Shown: positions 9,547-19,714, numbered from the stretch's first letter. The stretch is DNA of 64,000 nt from an uncultured bacterium (GCA_949296775.1 CASFQA010000005.1:3320-67319), one strand, 5' to 3'. Translations and numbers: made by a program. Notes: generated from the sequence alone by a model not told the origin.

Positions 9547-10449
9547 TTATACTTTCTTTTTTCGGATATTCGCGATTGCCGCCACCGCGGCCATCGCCCC
9601 TTCGCTGGCGGCGTTGACCAATTGACGGAGCCTCTTGTCGACGATATCGCCGGCCGCATAGACATTAGGGACGCTGGTTTGCATATCGGCATCCGTCTTC
9701 AGGAAGCCATTGTTGGCCTCAACCCCCAAAGGGGCGAGGAAAGCGGATCCCGATTGCTGCTCGAACAAAGGAAAAGCCCCGTCGACTCCGATATCTCGGC
9801 CATCGCTTAGGACGACCCGTTCGAGGTGGCCCTCCCCTTCGAAACGGTCGATCCGCCCCTCAAGCATTTCGACGTTGGATAGGGATCGCAGCTGGTTGAG
9901 ATGGGCCTCGGTCGCCTCGATTTCCTGCGGATAGAGGAAATACACCTTCGAGCAGAGGGAGGCGAGGTAGAGCGCGTCCTCGGCGGCGAAGTCCTTATAA
10001 CCGTAGACGAGGACCGGCTTATTCCGGAAAAAAGCCCCGTCGCAGGTGGCGCAGTAGCTGATCCCCCGGCCGAAAAGCTCCTTTTCCCCGGGGACCCCGA
10101 GTTTCTTCTCGCTGGAGCCGGAGGCGGCGATGATGGCTCGGCAACCGACCTCCTTGCCGGAATCGAAGCGGAGGACGAAACCCTCGCCGTCTTTCTTCGC
10201 CTCGACCACGTTGCCATAGCTTATCGACCCCCCGAGCTCTTGCAATTGCTTTTGCAAAGAAAGCGATAACTCGATCCCGGAGATCGAGGGAGCGCCGGGA
10301 TAATTGTCGATCCGGTGGATGACGTTTAACTTGCCTCCCGGGGCGTTGCGCTCAATTAGCAAAAAGGAAAGCGAGGAGCGCTTAAGGTAAATGCCGGCCG
10401 AGATCCCGGCGATGCCGGCCCCGACGATGACGACGTCGTAACGCTCCAT
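9547..10449 (-). CDS. trxB: Thioredoxin reductase
   Basis: GAGIAG, GISYCATCDG (CxxC), AAGD motifs. Confidence 0.92.
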   Translation of the reverse strand: MERYDVVIVGAGIAGISAGIYLKRSSLSFLLIERNAPGGKLNVIHRIDNYPGAPSISGIELSLSLQKQLQELGGSISYGNVVEAKKDGEGFVLRFDSGKEVGCRAIIAASGSSEKKLGVPGEKELFGRGISYCATCDGAFFRNKPVLVYGYKDFAAEDALYLASLCSKVYFLYPQEIEATEAHLNQLRSLSNVEMLEGRIDRFEGEGHLERVVLSDGRDIGVDGAFPLFEQQSGSAFLAPLGVEANNGFLKTDADMQTSVPNVYAAGDIVDKRLRQLVNAASEGAMAAVAAIANIRKKKV

Positions 10450-11789
10450 CACTTCGCTTCCTTCCCCGCTTGCTTGAACTTGATGAAATCATACAGGGCG
10501 AAGGCGCCGATTACCCCTAAGCCAATGACGATATAGCCCAATGAATTCCAGAACGACCACTGGCCATCGGCCCCCATATTAAAGCTTGGGTCGCGAAGGG
10601 GCTCCATGATCATCCTGACGATCCCGTACCAAATCATATAGCAGCCGCATAGGCTCCCGGATGGGCGATGCTTCCGCCACACCGCCGGCACCGCGTAGGC
10701 GATGATGAAATACCCGGCGATATTGATAAGCGATTCGATCAGGAACAAAGGGACGTGCATCATTCCCTCGCTCATCGGATATCCCGAATTCCCGATATGC
10801 ATTTGGTTCAGGATGATCGAGGGGAGGAAAGACCAAGCGTCCATGCTGGTCGAGGCCCCATAGACCTCGCAGTTGAAGAAGTTGCCCCACCGCCCTAAGG
10901 CCTGAGCCAAAAGGATGGTCGGGACGACGGTATCGACGGCCCAGCGGATATCGACTTCCTTCTTGGTGAAGTAAAGGAAGAGGGCGCCGGCGATGATGCC
11001 GGCCACCGCCCCGCCGATGATGGTGAGGCCGCCTTCCCAGATGGCGAACATCTCATACCATCTGCCATTCGCGCAAAGCTCGGAGAAATTCGGCCCGCCG
11101 GCCCCATCGCCATGCCAATTGCCGACCACATACCAGATCCGAGCCCCGATGACCCCGGAGAGGAAGCCGACGATCAAAGTCCCGTCGAGCAAACCATGCT
11201 TATGGTATTTCTTGTAGAACTGATGGTCGGAGACGAAATAGGAGATGAGGGCCCCGCAGATCATGATGACCCCATACCAAGCGACGTGGAGGCCATCGGT
11301 GTAGCTATCGCCGACCCGGACGAAGCGGAAACCGTCCCCGTCGATCACGAACCCCGAGACAAGGGGATAGGTCAAATACGGCGCAATACCCTCACTAAAG
11401 AGCAAAAACACGCAGATCGACAAGGGGATGGTGACGTAAATGGTGAGCTTAACCCATTTCATTAATCCCGAATTCATATCGGTTTTCCAATAACGGAGAT
11501 AGAAAGCGCACCAAAGGAGGGGGAAGGAGAAAAAGAAGAGGGCTAAGCCGATGATGGCCATCGCCGCATCCCCGCCTTTGATGGCCCAATCGCCGAGGCT
11601 CATCATCGCCCCGGCGAGCAAGCCGCCGGAAACAAGCAGGCTCAAGAACCCGAGCCCGATGAAAAGCCAATCCTTTTTGTCGAAAAGGTTTTTGGCGAGG
11701 CTTTTGACAAAGCCATGCAAGGGGATGACCAGGAGGGTGATTCCTCCGGCTAAGGCCAATAGGCCGATGACCAATAACGCGATGCCCAT
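10449..11789 (-). CDS. lgt: Prolipoprotein diacylglyceryl transferase with extra N-terminal TM region
   Basis: WYG, IGARIWYV, GGLTIIG, QALGRWGNFFNCEVYG, WYGIVR..EPLR. Confidence 0.93.
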   Translation of the reverse strand: MGIALLVIGLLALAGGITLLVIPLHGFVKSLAKNLFDKKDWLFIGLGFLSLLVSGGLLAGAMMSLGDWAIKGGDAAMAIIGLALFFFSFPLLWCAFYLRYWKTDMNSGLMKWVKLTIYVTIPLSICVFLLFSEGIAPYLTYPLVSGFVIDGDGFRFVRVGDSYTDGLHVAWYGVIMICGALISYFVSDHQFYKKYHKHGLLDGTLIVGFLSGVIGARIWYVVGNWHGDGAGGPNFSELCANGRWYEMFAIWEGGLTIIGGAVAGIIAGALFLYFTKKEVDIRWAVDTVVPTILLAQALGRWGNFFNCEVYGASTSMDAWSFLPSIILNQMHIGNSGYPMSEGMMHVPLFLIESLINIAGYFIIAYAVPAVWRKHRPSGSLCGCYMIWYGIVRMIMEPLRDPSFNMGADGQWSFWNSLGYIVIGLGVIGAFALYDFIKFKQAGKEAK

Positions 11790-11809
11790 GATTCGATAGT
11801 CTCCTCTTT

Positions 11810-14665
11810 TTACTTATCCTTAGCCAACATCTTCGAAAGATATTGCCCGGTATAGCTATGCGGGTTGGCCGCTACTTCCTCGGGAGTCCCGGTCGCCACC
11901 ACCTCCCCGCCTTTATCCCCGCCTAAGGGGCCTAAGTCGATGATGTAGTCGGCCACTTTGACCAAATCGAGGTTATGCTCGATGACGATGACGGTGTCGC
12001 CGTGATCGACGATCCGTTGCAACACCTCGATCAATTTGGCGACGTCGTCGCTATGGAGCCCGGTCGTCGGCTCATCGAGGACATAGACGGTCTTCCCGGT
12101 CATCTTCCGCTGCAGCTCGGTCGCCAGCTTGACCCGCTGCGCCTCGCCTCCGGAAAGCTCGGTCGCCGGTTGCCCGAGCTTGACATAGCCAAGCCCGACA
12201 TCGGCGAGGGTTTTGATCTTGTTCAGGATCTTGGGCCGGTTCTCGAAGAAGGGGATGGCCTCCTCGATCCGCATCTCCAGCACATCGTGGATGTTCTTGC
12301 CTTTGTAATAGCAGCGGAGAGTGTCCTCATTATAACGCTTCCCCTCACATTCATCGCATTTGACGTAGACGTCGGGTAGGAAGGACATCGGGATTCTGGT
12401 GACCCCCGCCCCTTGGCACTTCTCGCACCGCCCGCCGGGGACGTTGAAGGAGAAACGGCCCTTGTCGAACCCCCTGGCCCGCGCTTCGCTGGTCTCGGCG
12501 AATAAGGCCCGGATATCGTCGAACACCCCGGTATAGGTGGCGGGGTTCGAACGCGGGGTCCTTCCGATCGGCTCCTGGGTGATGGAAACCAGCTTATCGA
12601 CGTTCTCGATCCCGGTGATCTTCTTAAGCATTATCGGCTCGGGGTCTTTCTTCCCGTTGATGGCTTTATCCAAGCTGCGGACGAGCGTCTCGTTGACCAG
12701 CGATGATTTCCCGGACCCGGAAACCCCGGTGACCAAAACCAAGCAACCGAGGGGGAAATCGACGTCGATACCCTTCAGGTTATGGCAGCTCGCCCCTTTT
12801 AAACGCAGCCATTTCCCGTTGCCTTTCCGCCTTTTCGCGGGGATTTCGATCTTCTTTCTTCCCGATAGATAAGCGCCGGTGATGGATTGCTGGCACCCCA
12901 ACAGCCCTGAGACGTCGCCTTCATAGACGATGTTGCCCCCATGGATCCCCGCCCCGGGGCCGACGTCGACGATATAGTCGGCCGAGCGCATCGTGTCCTC
13001 GTCGTGTTCGACGACGATCAATGTATTGCCAAGGTCGCGCATCTCCTTCAAGGTGGCGATCAGCTTGTCGTTGTCCCGTTGGTGCAAGCCGATCGATGGC
13101 TCGTCGAGGACGTATAAAACGCCCGAGAGCCGGCTGCCGATCTGGGTCGCCAGCCTTATCCGCTGGCTTTCGCCGCCCGATAAGGTCATGGCATAACGCG
13201 ACAAAGTCAAATACTCAAGCCCGACGTCGACCAAGAACTGGGCCCGGTTCCTTAGTTCCTTGACGATAAGCGAGGCCACTTGCTTCTGCCCTTCCTCCAA
13301 ATCGGAGGAGACATCGTCGATCCAAGAGAGGAAGCGGTCGAGCGGCAAACAGGTCGCCTCGTAGATATTGAGCCCATTGACCTTGACTGAAAGGGCGGCC
13401 TCGTTAAGCCTCGCCCCAGAGCAGGCGGTGCAGATCGAATCGCGCATGAACGATTCGTAATATTGCCTCATCCAGTCGGAGCTGGTCTCGCGGTATAGCC
13501 GTTCGATCCTCGTCTTGATCCCCTCGATCCGGCCATGTCGGTTCATCTTGTTGCCGCTAGAGCTCGTAAGCACGTAATCGAGGCGGTCAGGCGATCCGTA
13601 GAGGATGATGTCTTTATGCTTTTTGCTGAGTTTTTCGAAAGGGACATCGAGCGGAATCCCGTAAATCTCGCATAAGTATTCGAATTCCTTCCATTCGATG
13701 TTGGTGGTCCCGACGATGTTGGCGAGGTATCTAATCGCCCCTTGCTTGATCGACTTGGAAGGGTCTGGGATCAGCAAATCCAAGGAAACCTCCCGCTTGA
13801 TGCCAAGCCCTTTGCATTCCGGACAATAGCCTAAAGGAGCATTGAAAGAGAATAGACGGGGTTCCAAGGAGGGGATGGAGAACCCGCATTCGGGGCAGCA
13901 ATGTTTGCTTGAAAGCAATTTCTCCCCGTCGGGAGTCAAGATGACCAAATAGCCCTTGGCCCAATCAAGCGCCAGCTCAACGTCCTCGATGACCCGTTCG
14001 CGGATCCCTTCCTTGATGATGAGCCGATCGATGACTATGTCGATATCGTGCCGTTTGTTCTTATCTAAAGGGGGCACCTCTTCCAATAAGCCGGTGTTCC
14101 CGTCGACCCGGACCCGGGAGAACCCTTGCTTCTTCAGCTTATCGAGCGTCTCGGCGTGGGCCCCCTTCTCGTGGCGGATCACCGGGGAAAGGATCTGCAA
14201 TCTTGTTCCTTCAGGATATTCCATGACGATGTTGGCCATGGCGATGGGCGAGAAGGAGTGGATGGGGGTATGGTGGGTTGGGCAATAAGGGGTCCCGACC
14301 CGAGCGTAGAGAAGGCGGAGGTAATCGTAGATCTCGGTCACCGTCCCCACGGTCGAACGGGGGTTGTGGGAGGTGGATTTCTGATCGATGGAGATGGCTG
14401 GGGAAAGCCCTTCGATCGAGTCGACGTCGGGTTTCTCGAAGCCGCCTAGGAATTGCCGGGCGTAAGAGGAAAGCGATTCGACGTAACGCCGCTGGCCCTC
14501 GGAGAAGATGGTATCGAAGGCGAGGGTCGATTTGCCCGATCCGGACACCCCGGTGAAAACGGTCAAAGAACCCTTCGGGATCTCGACGTTGACATCCTGC
14601 AGGTTGTTCTCTCTCGCCCCTTTGACGATGATCCAATCCTTTGAGCTCCGAGCTGTCTTTTCCAT
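11810..14665 (-). CDS. uvrA: Excinuclease ABC subunit A
   Basis: Two GxSGSGKS Walker A motifs, two LSGGE signatures, zinc fingers, FSFN motifs. Confidence 0.99.
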   Translation of the reverse strand: MEKTARSSKDWIIVKGARENNLQDVNVEIPKGSLTVFTGVSGSGKSTLAFDTIFSEGQRRYVESLSSYARQFLGGFEKPDVDSIEGLSPAISIDQKSTSHNPRSTVGTVTEIYDYLRLLYARVGTPYCPTHHTPIHSFSPIAMANIVMEYPEGTRLQILSPVIRHEKGAHAETLDKLKKQGFSRVRVDGNTGLLEEVPPLDKNKRHDIDIVIDRLIIKEGIRERVIEDVELALDWAKGYLVILTPDGEKLLSSKHCCPECGFSIPSLEPRLFSFNAPLGYCPECKGLGIKREVSLDLLIPDPSKSIKQGAIRYLANIVGTTNIEWKEFEYLCEIYGIPLDVPFEKLSKKHKDIILYGSPDRLDYVLTSSSGNKMNRHGRIEGIKTRIERLYRETSSDWMRQYYESFMRDSICTACSGARLNEAALSVKVNGLNIYEATCLPLDRFLSWIDDVSSDLEEGQKQVASLIVKELRNRAQFLVDVGLEYLTLSRYAMTLSGGESQRIRLATQIGSRLSGVLYVLDEPSIGLHQRDNDKLIATLKEMRDLGNTLIVVEHDEDTMRSADYIVDVGPGAGIHGGNIVYEGDVSGLLGCQQSITGAYLSGRKKIEIPAKRRKGNGKWLRLKGASCHNLKGIDVDFPLGCLVLVTGVSGSGKSSLVNETLVRSLDKAINGKKDPEPIMLKKITGIENVDKLVSITQEPIGRTPRSNPATYTGVFDDIRALFAETSEARARGFDKGRFSFNVPGGRCEKCQGAGVTRIPMSFLPDVYVKCDECEGKRYNEDTLRCYYKGKNIHDVLEMRIEEAIPFFENRPKILNKIKTLADVGLGYVKLGQPATELSGGEAQRVKLATELQRKMTGKTVYVLDEPTTGLHSDDVAKLIEVLQRIVDHGDTVIVIEHNLDLVKVADYIIDLGPLGGDKGGEVVATGTPEEVAANPHSYTGQYLSKMLAKDK

Positions 14666-14744
14666 AGCGCGCTTGATTATACACTAGCGAAGCCAAAATC
14701 CACGCTTCTTTGCTTCGCAAAGGAAAAAGAGGCGGAACTCGCCT

Positions 14745-15860
14745 CTATTTCATGATGATCAATTCATAATCCCTTGAGCCTAAGCCGATCTTCTCCCCAT
14801 GGGATAGGGCCGATTCGCTGTCGGTCCGGGGGTTGGAGTCGTGGAAGTGGTTGCCGGTTTCCCCGTTTTCCTTAATCGCCTCGCCTAATTGGCTGTCCTC
14901 GAAGGGTTTGGCTTTATTGCAGAGATCGACGGCTGCTTGGTCAAGGGCGACTGGGTCGAAGGAGCAAAGCATGCCGATGTCGGGAAGGATCGGGGCGTCG
15001 TTTTCCCCGTGGCAATCGCAATTGGGGGAAACATCCTGGATGAGGGCGATATGGAAGCAGGGCCGCCCATCGACGACCGCTTTGGCGTATTCGGCGATCT
15101 TCATGCCCAATTTGGTGTTGCTCGACCCGTCTTGGGGGGAGATGGCGTCGAAGGGACAGGCACCGATGCAGCGGCCGCAGCCTTTGCAAAGCTCTTGATC
15201 GATATGGGCTTTGCCGGAAGCATATGAGATGGCATCGGACCCGCATTCTCTAGCGCAGGCGTGGCAAGTTCGGCATTTGGCTTCGTCGACGATGGGTTTG
15301 CCGTCATTATGCTGAGCCATTTTCCCAGCCCGGGAGCCACAGCCCATCCCGATGTTTTTGATTGCCCCGCCGAAACCGGTCTCCTCATGACCTTTGAAAT
15401 GGGTTAAGGAGATGAAGGCGTCGGCATCCATGATGGCCCGCCCGATATGGGCTTCGGTCAATAGCTCGCCCCCTTGGATTGGGACATCCACCTCATCGGT
15501 CCCTTTCAGTCCATCCCCGATGATGATGTGGCAGCCGGTCGAGGCGGTCGAGAAGCCATTCATCTCGGCGCAGGTCAAATGGTCGAGGGCGTTTTTCCGA
15601 TACCCTGGATATAAGGTGTTGCAATCAGTCAAGAAGGGGCGTCCGCCCTGCTCTTTGACTTTATCGGCGACGGCCCTCGCCCAGTTCGGGCGTAAGAAGG
15701 TCAAATTGCCCCATTCGCCAAAATGCATCTTAATGGCAACGAACTTCCCTTCGAGATTCATCTCCTTGAAGCCGGCTTTGTCCATCAGCCGTTGGAGTTT
15801 ATGGGTCTGGGATTCGCCCACATGAACGCGGAAGGAAGTGAAATAGACTTTGCTTTTCAT
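14745..15860 (-). CDS. DUF362 family 4Fe-4S protein
   Basis: AIKMHFGE, PFLTDCNTLY, HFKGH, two CxxCxxCxxxC ferredoxin motifs, PNCDC; start at ATG 15860 (GAGG RBS). Confidence 0.88.
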   Translation of the reverse strand: MKSKVYFTSFRVHVGESQTHKLQRLMDKAGFKEMNLEGKFVAIKMHFGEWGNLTFLRPNWARAVADKVKEQGGRPFLTDCNTLYPGYRKNALDHLTCAEMNGFSTASTGCHIIIGDGLKGTDEVDVPIQGGELLTEAHIGRAIMDADAFISLTHFKGHEETGFGGAIKNIGMGCGSRAGKMAQHNDGKPIVDEAKCRTCHACARECGSDAISYASGKAHIDQELCKGCGRCIGACPFDAISPQDGSSNTKLGMKIAEYAKAVVDGRPCFHIALIQDVSPNCDCHGENDAPILPDIGMLCSFDPVALDQAAVDLCNKAKPFEDSQLGEAIKENGETGNHFHDSNPRTDSESALSHGEKIGLGSRDYELIIMK

Positions 15861-15921
15861 ATCAGTTACCTCGAGGGTAAATCTAAACGCCCATTTACCG
15901 ATTGACAAGGGGCAAACGGGG

Positions 15922-16458
15922 TCAATGGACTAATATAATGAATTTTTCGCTCGCGACCTGCTCGGCCGACTTAAGGGCTAAAGCGACCCGGTACACCGCT
16001 TGGTCAAGGCTAAGGCCGTTCTTTTCCCCAAGGGCTTTGTAAGTCAAACCGAGGCCGTATTTATCGTATAGTATCGAATACTCGTCCGAGCCCAGTCGCG
16101 CTTTAAGGGCATCCAAATATATTTTAATCGACGCCCTCTGCGCGAGCGGCTCATCGCGGAGGCCGAAGCCTCAAAGAATTCCGAATCGCAATCTTCGTAG
16201 GATAGTTCCTGAAAACGATCGATGGCCTTATGCTTTATCACCCCGATAATGAACTGAGTCAGTTGGCCACGTTCCCGTCTTTCTTTCCAAAAAAGCCAAA
16301 ACACCATCCATCATGGCATCTTACGCTTCCTCGAAACCCAAGCCTGAGTCCAACCCGATCTTGATGAATAGATGCTCGTGTTTTTGAAAATAGACTTTCC
16401 AACGAAGGTCATATAGGCAGCGGTCCAAGAAGACTTTGGCCTTTCGTTCGTCTTCCAT
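15922..16458 (-). pseudogene. ECF-type sigma-70 factor pseudogene (paralogue of 18846..19382)
   Basis: ATG 16458 reads ...YFQKHEHLFIKIGLDSGLGFEEA*DAMMDG (TAA at 16321-16323), then frameshifts into TQFIIGVIKHKAID..EDCDSE and again into DEYSILYDKYG; collinear with the intact copy. Confidence 0.85.
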
Positions 16459-16555
16459 GCGATTACTTTATACATGAAACGAGGGAGTCAAGAAAACGAG
16501 CGGGGTCTGAGCCAATAGGCGCATCAGCAATCATTAGCAAGACCCATGCTGCTAT

Positions 16556-17104
16556 TTATCGACCATCGATTCGACGACTGGAACACGGATATCCCACGCA
16601 GCCTCGAAAAGGGACATTGAATTTATCAAGGAAATTTTCAGCAAAATACTTTGTTAAAATCGCGTTGTTGGGCAAAACAACATAATTGCACCAGCTTTGT
16701 CCGATATAAATGAAGGACTGCGTAACAAACACTCTCCGAATTAACACCGAGCGAGTAACCGAATCCGTTTTAAGCGTAAGGATCGGCTCCTTCTTTGCCT
16801 TATCGACAAACACTGAATATTCCGTTCCTTTTGGACAAGCCAAATAGCGTCGATGATAAAAAAGAATAACGTGTATAAAAATCAGCTCGGCCCCCCATTC
16901 CACGCCAGTAACCGCCCAAAAAATAGGGTTTAAATACCATTCGTTAATCGCCATCAATCCTGAACTGACGAAAACGGTTAGAATAAAGAATACCAATGGG
17001 ATCCAAGCCCGAGCAAAAATATGCTCATAAAAGAAGGCGTTAATGGCCGCTCGATGGTTATCATCCTTCCATGTTCCAGAGAAAATGGCCTCAGTATTTT
17101 CCAT
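16556..17104 (-). CDS. Two-TM membrane protein, YcxB-like
   Basis: Two hydrophobic helices then a beta-rich C-terminus ending IYIG...YVVLP; GGAG RBS 10 nt after the upstream stop. Confidence 0.6.
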   Translation of the reverse strand: MENTEAIFSGTWKDDNHRAAINAFFYEHIFARAWIPLVFFILTVFVSSGLMAINEWYLNPIFWAVTGVEWGAELIFIHVILFYHRRYLACPKGTEYSVFVDKAKKEPILTLKTDSVTRSVLIRRVFVTQSFIYIGQSWCNYVVLPNNAILTKYFAENFLDKFNVPFRGCVGYPCSSRRIDGR

Positions 17105-17114
17105 ATTCGACTCC

Positions 17115-18692
17115 TTAAATGTCTTTGATAGGTTTTATTGTACCAGTAAATGGGGAATCGGACCGCGTGCGACTTATATAGGTATTGCGGAATAAATTCT
17201 GCTGCCCTGGGACATACAGCGGTGACCAGTCTAAATATGTTCCTTCCTTCTCCATTACGAAGCGATATCCGAACTTTATCATGACTATCTCGTTATTTTT
17301 GTTGTTTTCAGTCGTTTCAAGCGCCGCAGTAATTCCGGTCAAGAAGTCCTTTATTTGCGAAAGCGAGGATTTGAAAGTCGTAAGCTCGCAGTACTCTTTA
17401 ATTATTGAGTTGATGAAATGGGTTATTACTGCTCCCGCCGTCAATGCCGCGCTAATAAATCCAGCGGCCTTAGAGACAAAACCGAGCGGTAAAACGCTGA
17501 CGAACGTTGGCCCCACCGCGGCCCAAGATAGGCCCGCCTCTACACCATCAAGGATCAAGGAAGTATTTTCTAACTTGCTAGCGGGTTCAATGATGTTATT
17601 AAATTCGTCGCAATAAGTTTTTAAAAACGACTGCAGCAAGGCTTCATAATATCCCCATAAAATTTCTCTTAAGTAGTTGTCCCAGACGTATACGACGGCA
17701 TAAGTTAAAGAGTTAGCCCCGTCATAAATAGAAGAGATGCTGTCAAGCAAAGGATATTCGCTGATATTCGATAATTTTAAATAGTTTTCATCGGGATTCA
17801 GGGTGGTCGCAGGATTTATCCCGGCCGGAGAATAATCGCTAACCCAAATAGCTCCTAAATCGCCTTTATTCATCGCTTCTGGAATGGAATACGAAGATAG
17901 GTTCGCCTCTTCAACGATAGTTAATGTGTACTTATCAGTATCGCTATAGGTTTTGTCGTTGAACGAATATACGACGATATAAAAGGTGCCAGGAAAACAA
18001 TTAACACTTAGTGATTCCGTAACGCCCTGGCCTTTGTTGCTAGTCCCTAGAAGTCCGTAAGTTTCATTAAAATCCAATTCCTCGTAAGAGGTGTCTAAAG
18101 TATTGCTTAATTTATATAGCCGCAAATCGAGATCCAGATTTTGCGGAACGCTTAAAGTAATTAGCAAATTGCCGGCGCATGTGACGTCATAAGCATAAAA
18201 ATCCTTATCGACGTATTTTGAAAACCATCCGGATTTTTTCTGATTTATCGTTCCGTGAACTTCCATCGAAACGAAACCTTGGCCAGGCAAATGACCGGCG
18301 GAAGCTCGTCGGAGAAGACTGGCATTCGGAAAGTCGTCATTATTCTCATAGGAATCATTGCCTCCGTTGGAATAAGTCGCGATGCCGCTGCGCAAATTGA
18401 GATTGTTAACCTCAACGTATTCGGATTGCCCATCAGCGAAAGTAACCTTTGCTTTGCCTTCACCATATTCGAATTCATCGTCGTTCTTGCCAACGAATTC
18501 CCCTTCCGTGTCGAGAAAATACTTATAATTATCAACGCCGGTTTTTCCCTCACGGTCTTTTTTGCTTAGCGAAGCACGTCCAATGCCCGACCCATCTACT
18601 TCTTCGCCGTCCCCAGGGCAAGTTGCGACAGCGTTCATTCCTGTCATCGCTAGCGTCATTGCCATTAGGCTCAAAACGATATGCTTGATCAT
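17115..18692 (-). CDS. Secreted protein with PPC (pre-peptidase C-terminal)-like domain and C-terminal hydrophobic hairpin
   Basis: Signal peptide; DFYAY...LSVPQNLDLDLRLY...PGTFYIVVYS...YTLTI PPC pattern; Gly/Ala-rich hydrophobic stretch near the C-terminus; GGAGGAG RBS. Confidence 0.7.
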   Translation of the reverse strand: MIKHIVLSLMAMTLAMTGMNAVATCPGDGEEVDGSGIGRASLSKKDREGKTGVDNYKYFLDTEGEFVGKNDDEFEYGEGKAKVTFADGQSEYVEVNNLNLRSGIATYSNGGNDSYENNDDFPNASLLRRASAGHLPGQGFVSMEVHGTINQKKSGWFSKYVDKDFYAYDVTCAGNLLITLSVPQNLDLDLRLYKLSNTLDTSYEELDFNETYGLLGTSNKGQGVTESLSVNCFPGTFYIVVYSFNDKTYSDTDKYTLTIVEEANLSSYSIPEAMNKGDLGAIWVSDYSPAGINPATTLNPDENYLKLSNISEYPLLDSISSIYDGANSLTYAVVYVWDNYLREILWGYYEALLQSFLKTYCDEFNNIIEPASKLENTSLILDGVEAGLSWAAVGPTFVSVLPLGFVSKAAGFISAALTAGAVITHFINSIIKEYCELTTFKSSLSQIKDFLTGITAALETTENNKNNEIVMIKFGYRFVMEKEGTYLDWSPLYVPGQQNLFRNTYISRTRSDSPFTGTIKPIKDI

Positions 18693-18845
18693 TTTTGCTC
18701 CTCCACTTATTAGTCGAGGAGGTTGCGTTTTTTTATTAAAAATGTTTTAAAAAAATAATTCAGGGCTTTGTCCTAACCGAATTAAGAAACTAAGCTATAA
18801 AAGGTTCCAGGTCCAGGGATTTTGAATCACGCGTTCAGCGAAACC

Positions 18846-19382
18846 TTATTGCTTCAATGTGGAATCCGCTTCTATTGCCTTTTTAACTTGCTTAAGCGCG
18901 TTTTTTAGCCGATAAAAGACCTGATTGACGGTTAGTTTTCGCTTCTGGGCGATTTCGTTCAAAGTCAGCTCAGATCCGTACTTATCGAAAAGAATCGAAT
19001 ATTCGTCTTCGCCGACAACGCCTTTCACCAATCCGAGAAATTGCCGAATGGAAATTTCTTCTGTAAATGAAGCATCATTGTCCGCATACGTATCAGTCAA
19101 ATCGGAATCGCAGTCCTCGCGAACCAATTCGCGGAAGTAGTCGGCGGCTTTATGCTTAATAACCCCGGCGATAAACTGAGTTGGATTAGTCACGCTTTGG
19201 GGATCCTTTTCCAGCAAAGCCAAATATCCATCCATAGTCGCATCTTCGGCGTCGTCTATAGTTAAACCAGCATCGAGGCCGATTTTTAGAAACAGATTTT
19301 TGTGGCTTTGGAAATAATGGATCCAAACCAGCTCGCGTTCATAAGGGCGAAGCATCGCATCCAGGGATTCTTCTTTTGCCAT
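18846..19382 (-). CDS. ECF-type sigma-70 family factor
   Basis: DAEDATMD (region 2-like) and LTLNEIAQKRKLTVNQVFYRLKNALK (region 4 HTH). Confidence 0.75.
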   Translation of the reverse strand: MAKEESLDAMLRPYERELVWIHYFQSHKNLFLKIGLDAGLTIDDAEDATMDGYLALLEKDPQSVTNPTQFIAGVIKHKAADYFRELVREDCDSDLTDTYADNDASFTEEISIRQFLGLVKGVVGEDEYSILFDKYGSELTLNEIAQKRKLTVNQVFYRLKNALKQVKKAIEADSTLKQ

Positions 19383-19714
19383 ATTCAAAATATAGGCCCT
19401 TAGGAATATTAATCAATAAGCACCTGTACAGCAGTCGCCCTCTCAGCGCTCAATTTGGGCAAGCGCAAAAGCAAGGGTCGCTGTCCACCAGGGCCACCGG
19501 AAAGATCTTCCGGGAGTCATCAAGCCAGCCGAAGACGAAGATGGCTACGACGATCGAGCCATCACTGACTTTGAAAAACAATGGGAGGCCGACGTTGGAT
19601 TAATGTTAAAGGTGAATGTGATTCCTCTCGCGATCTGCCGGTGGGTGACACCGATTTGGACCACCCCCTTTGTTCGAAGGTGAACCGCCGATAGGGTTGT
19701 ATTACCACGTCTAC

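Noticed and set aside
16321..16323. Stop-codon reassignment or readthrough to explain in-frame stops
   Set aside because: Core genes end in TAA, TAG and TGA normally, and the affected ORFs also carry frameshifts or truncations, so pseudogenisation is simpler.
19470..19490. TCCACCA as a tmRNA/tRNA 3' end or att site
   Set aside because: No T-arm (GTTCGA) or acceptor stem upstream.
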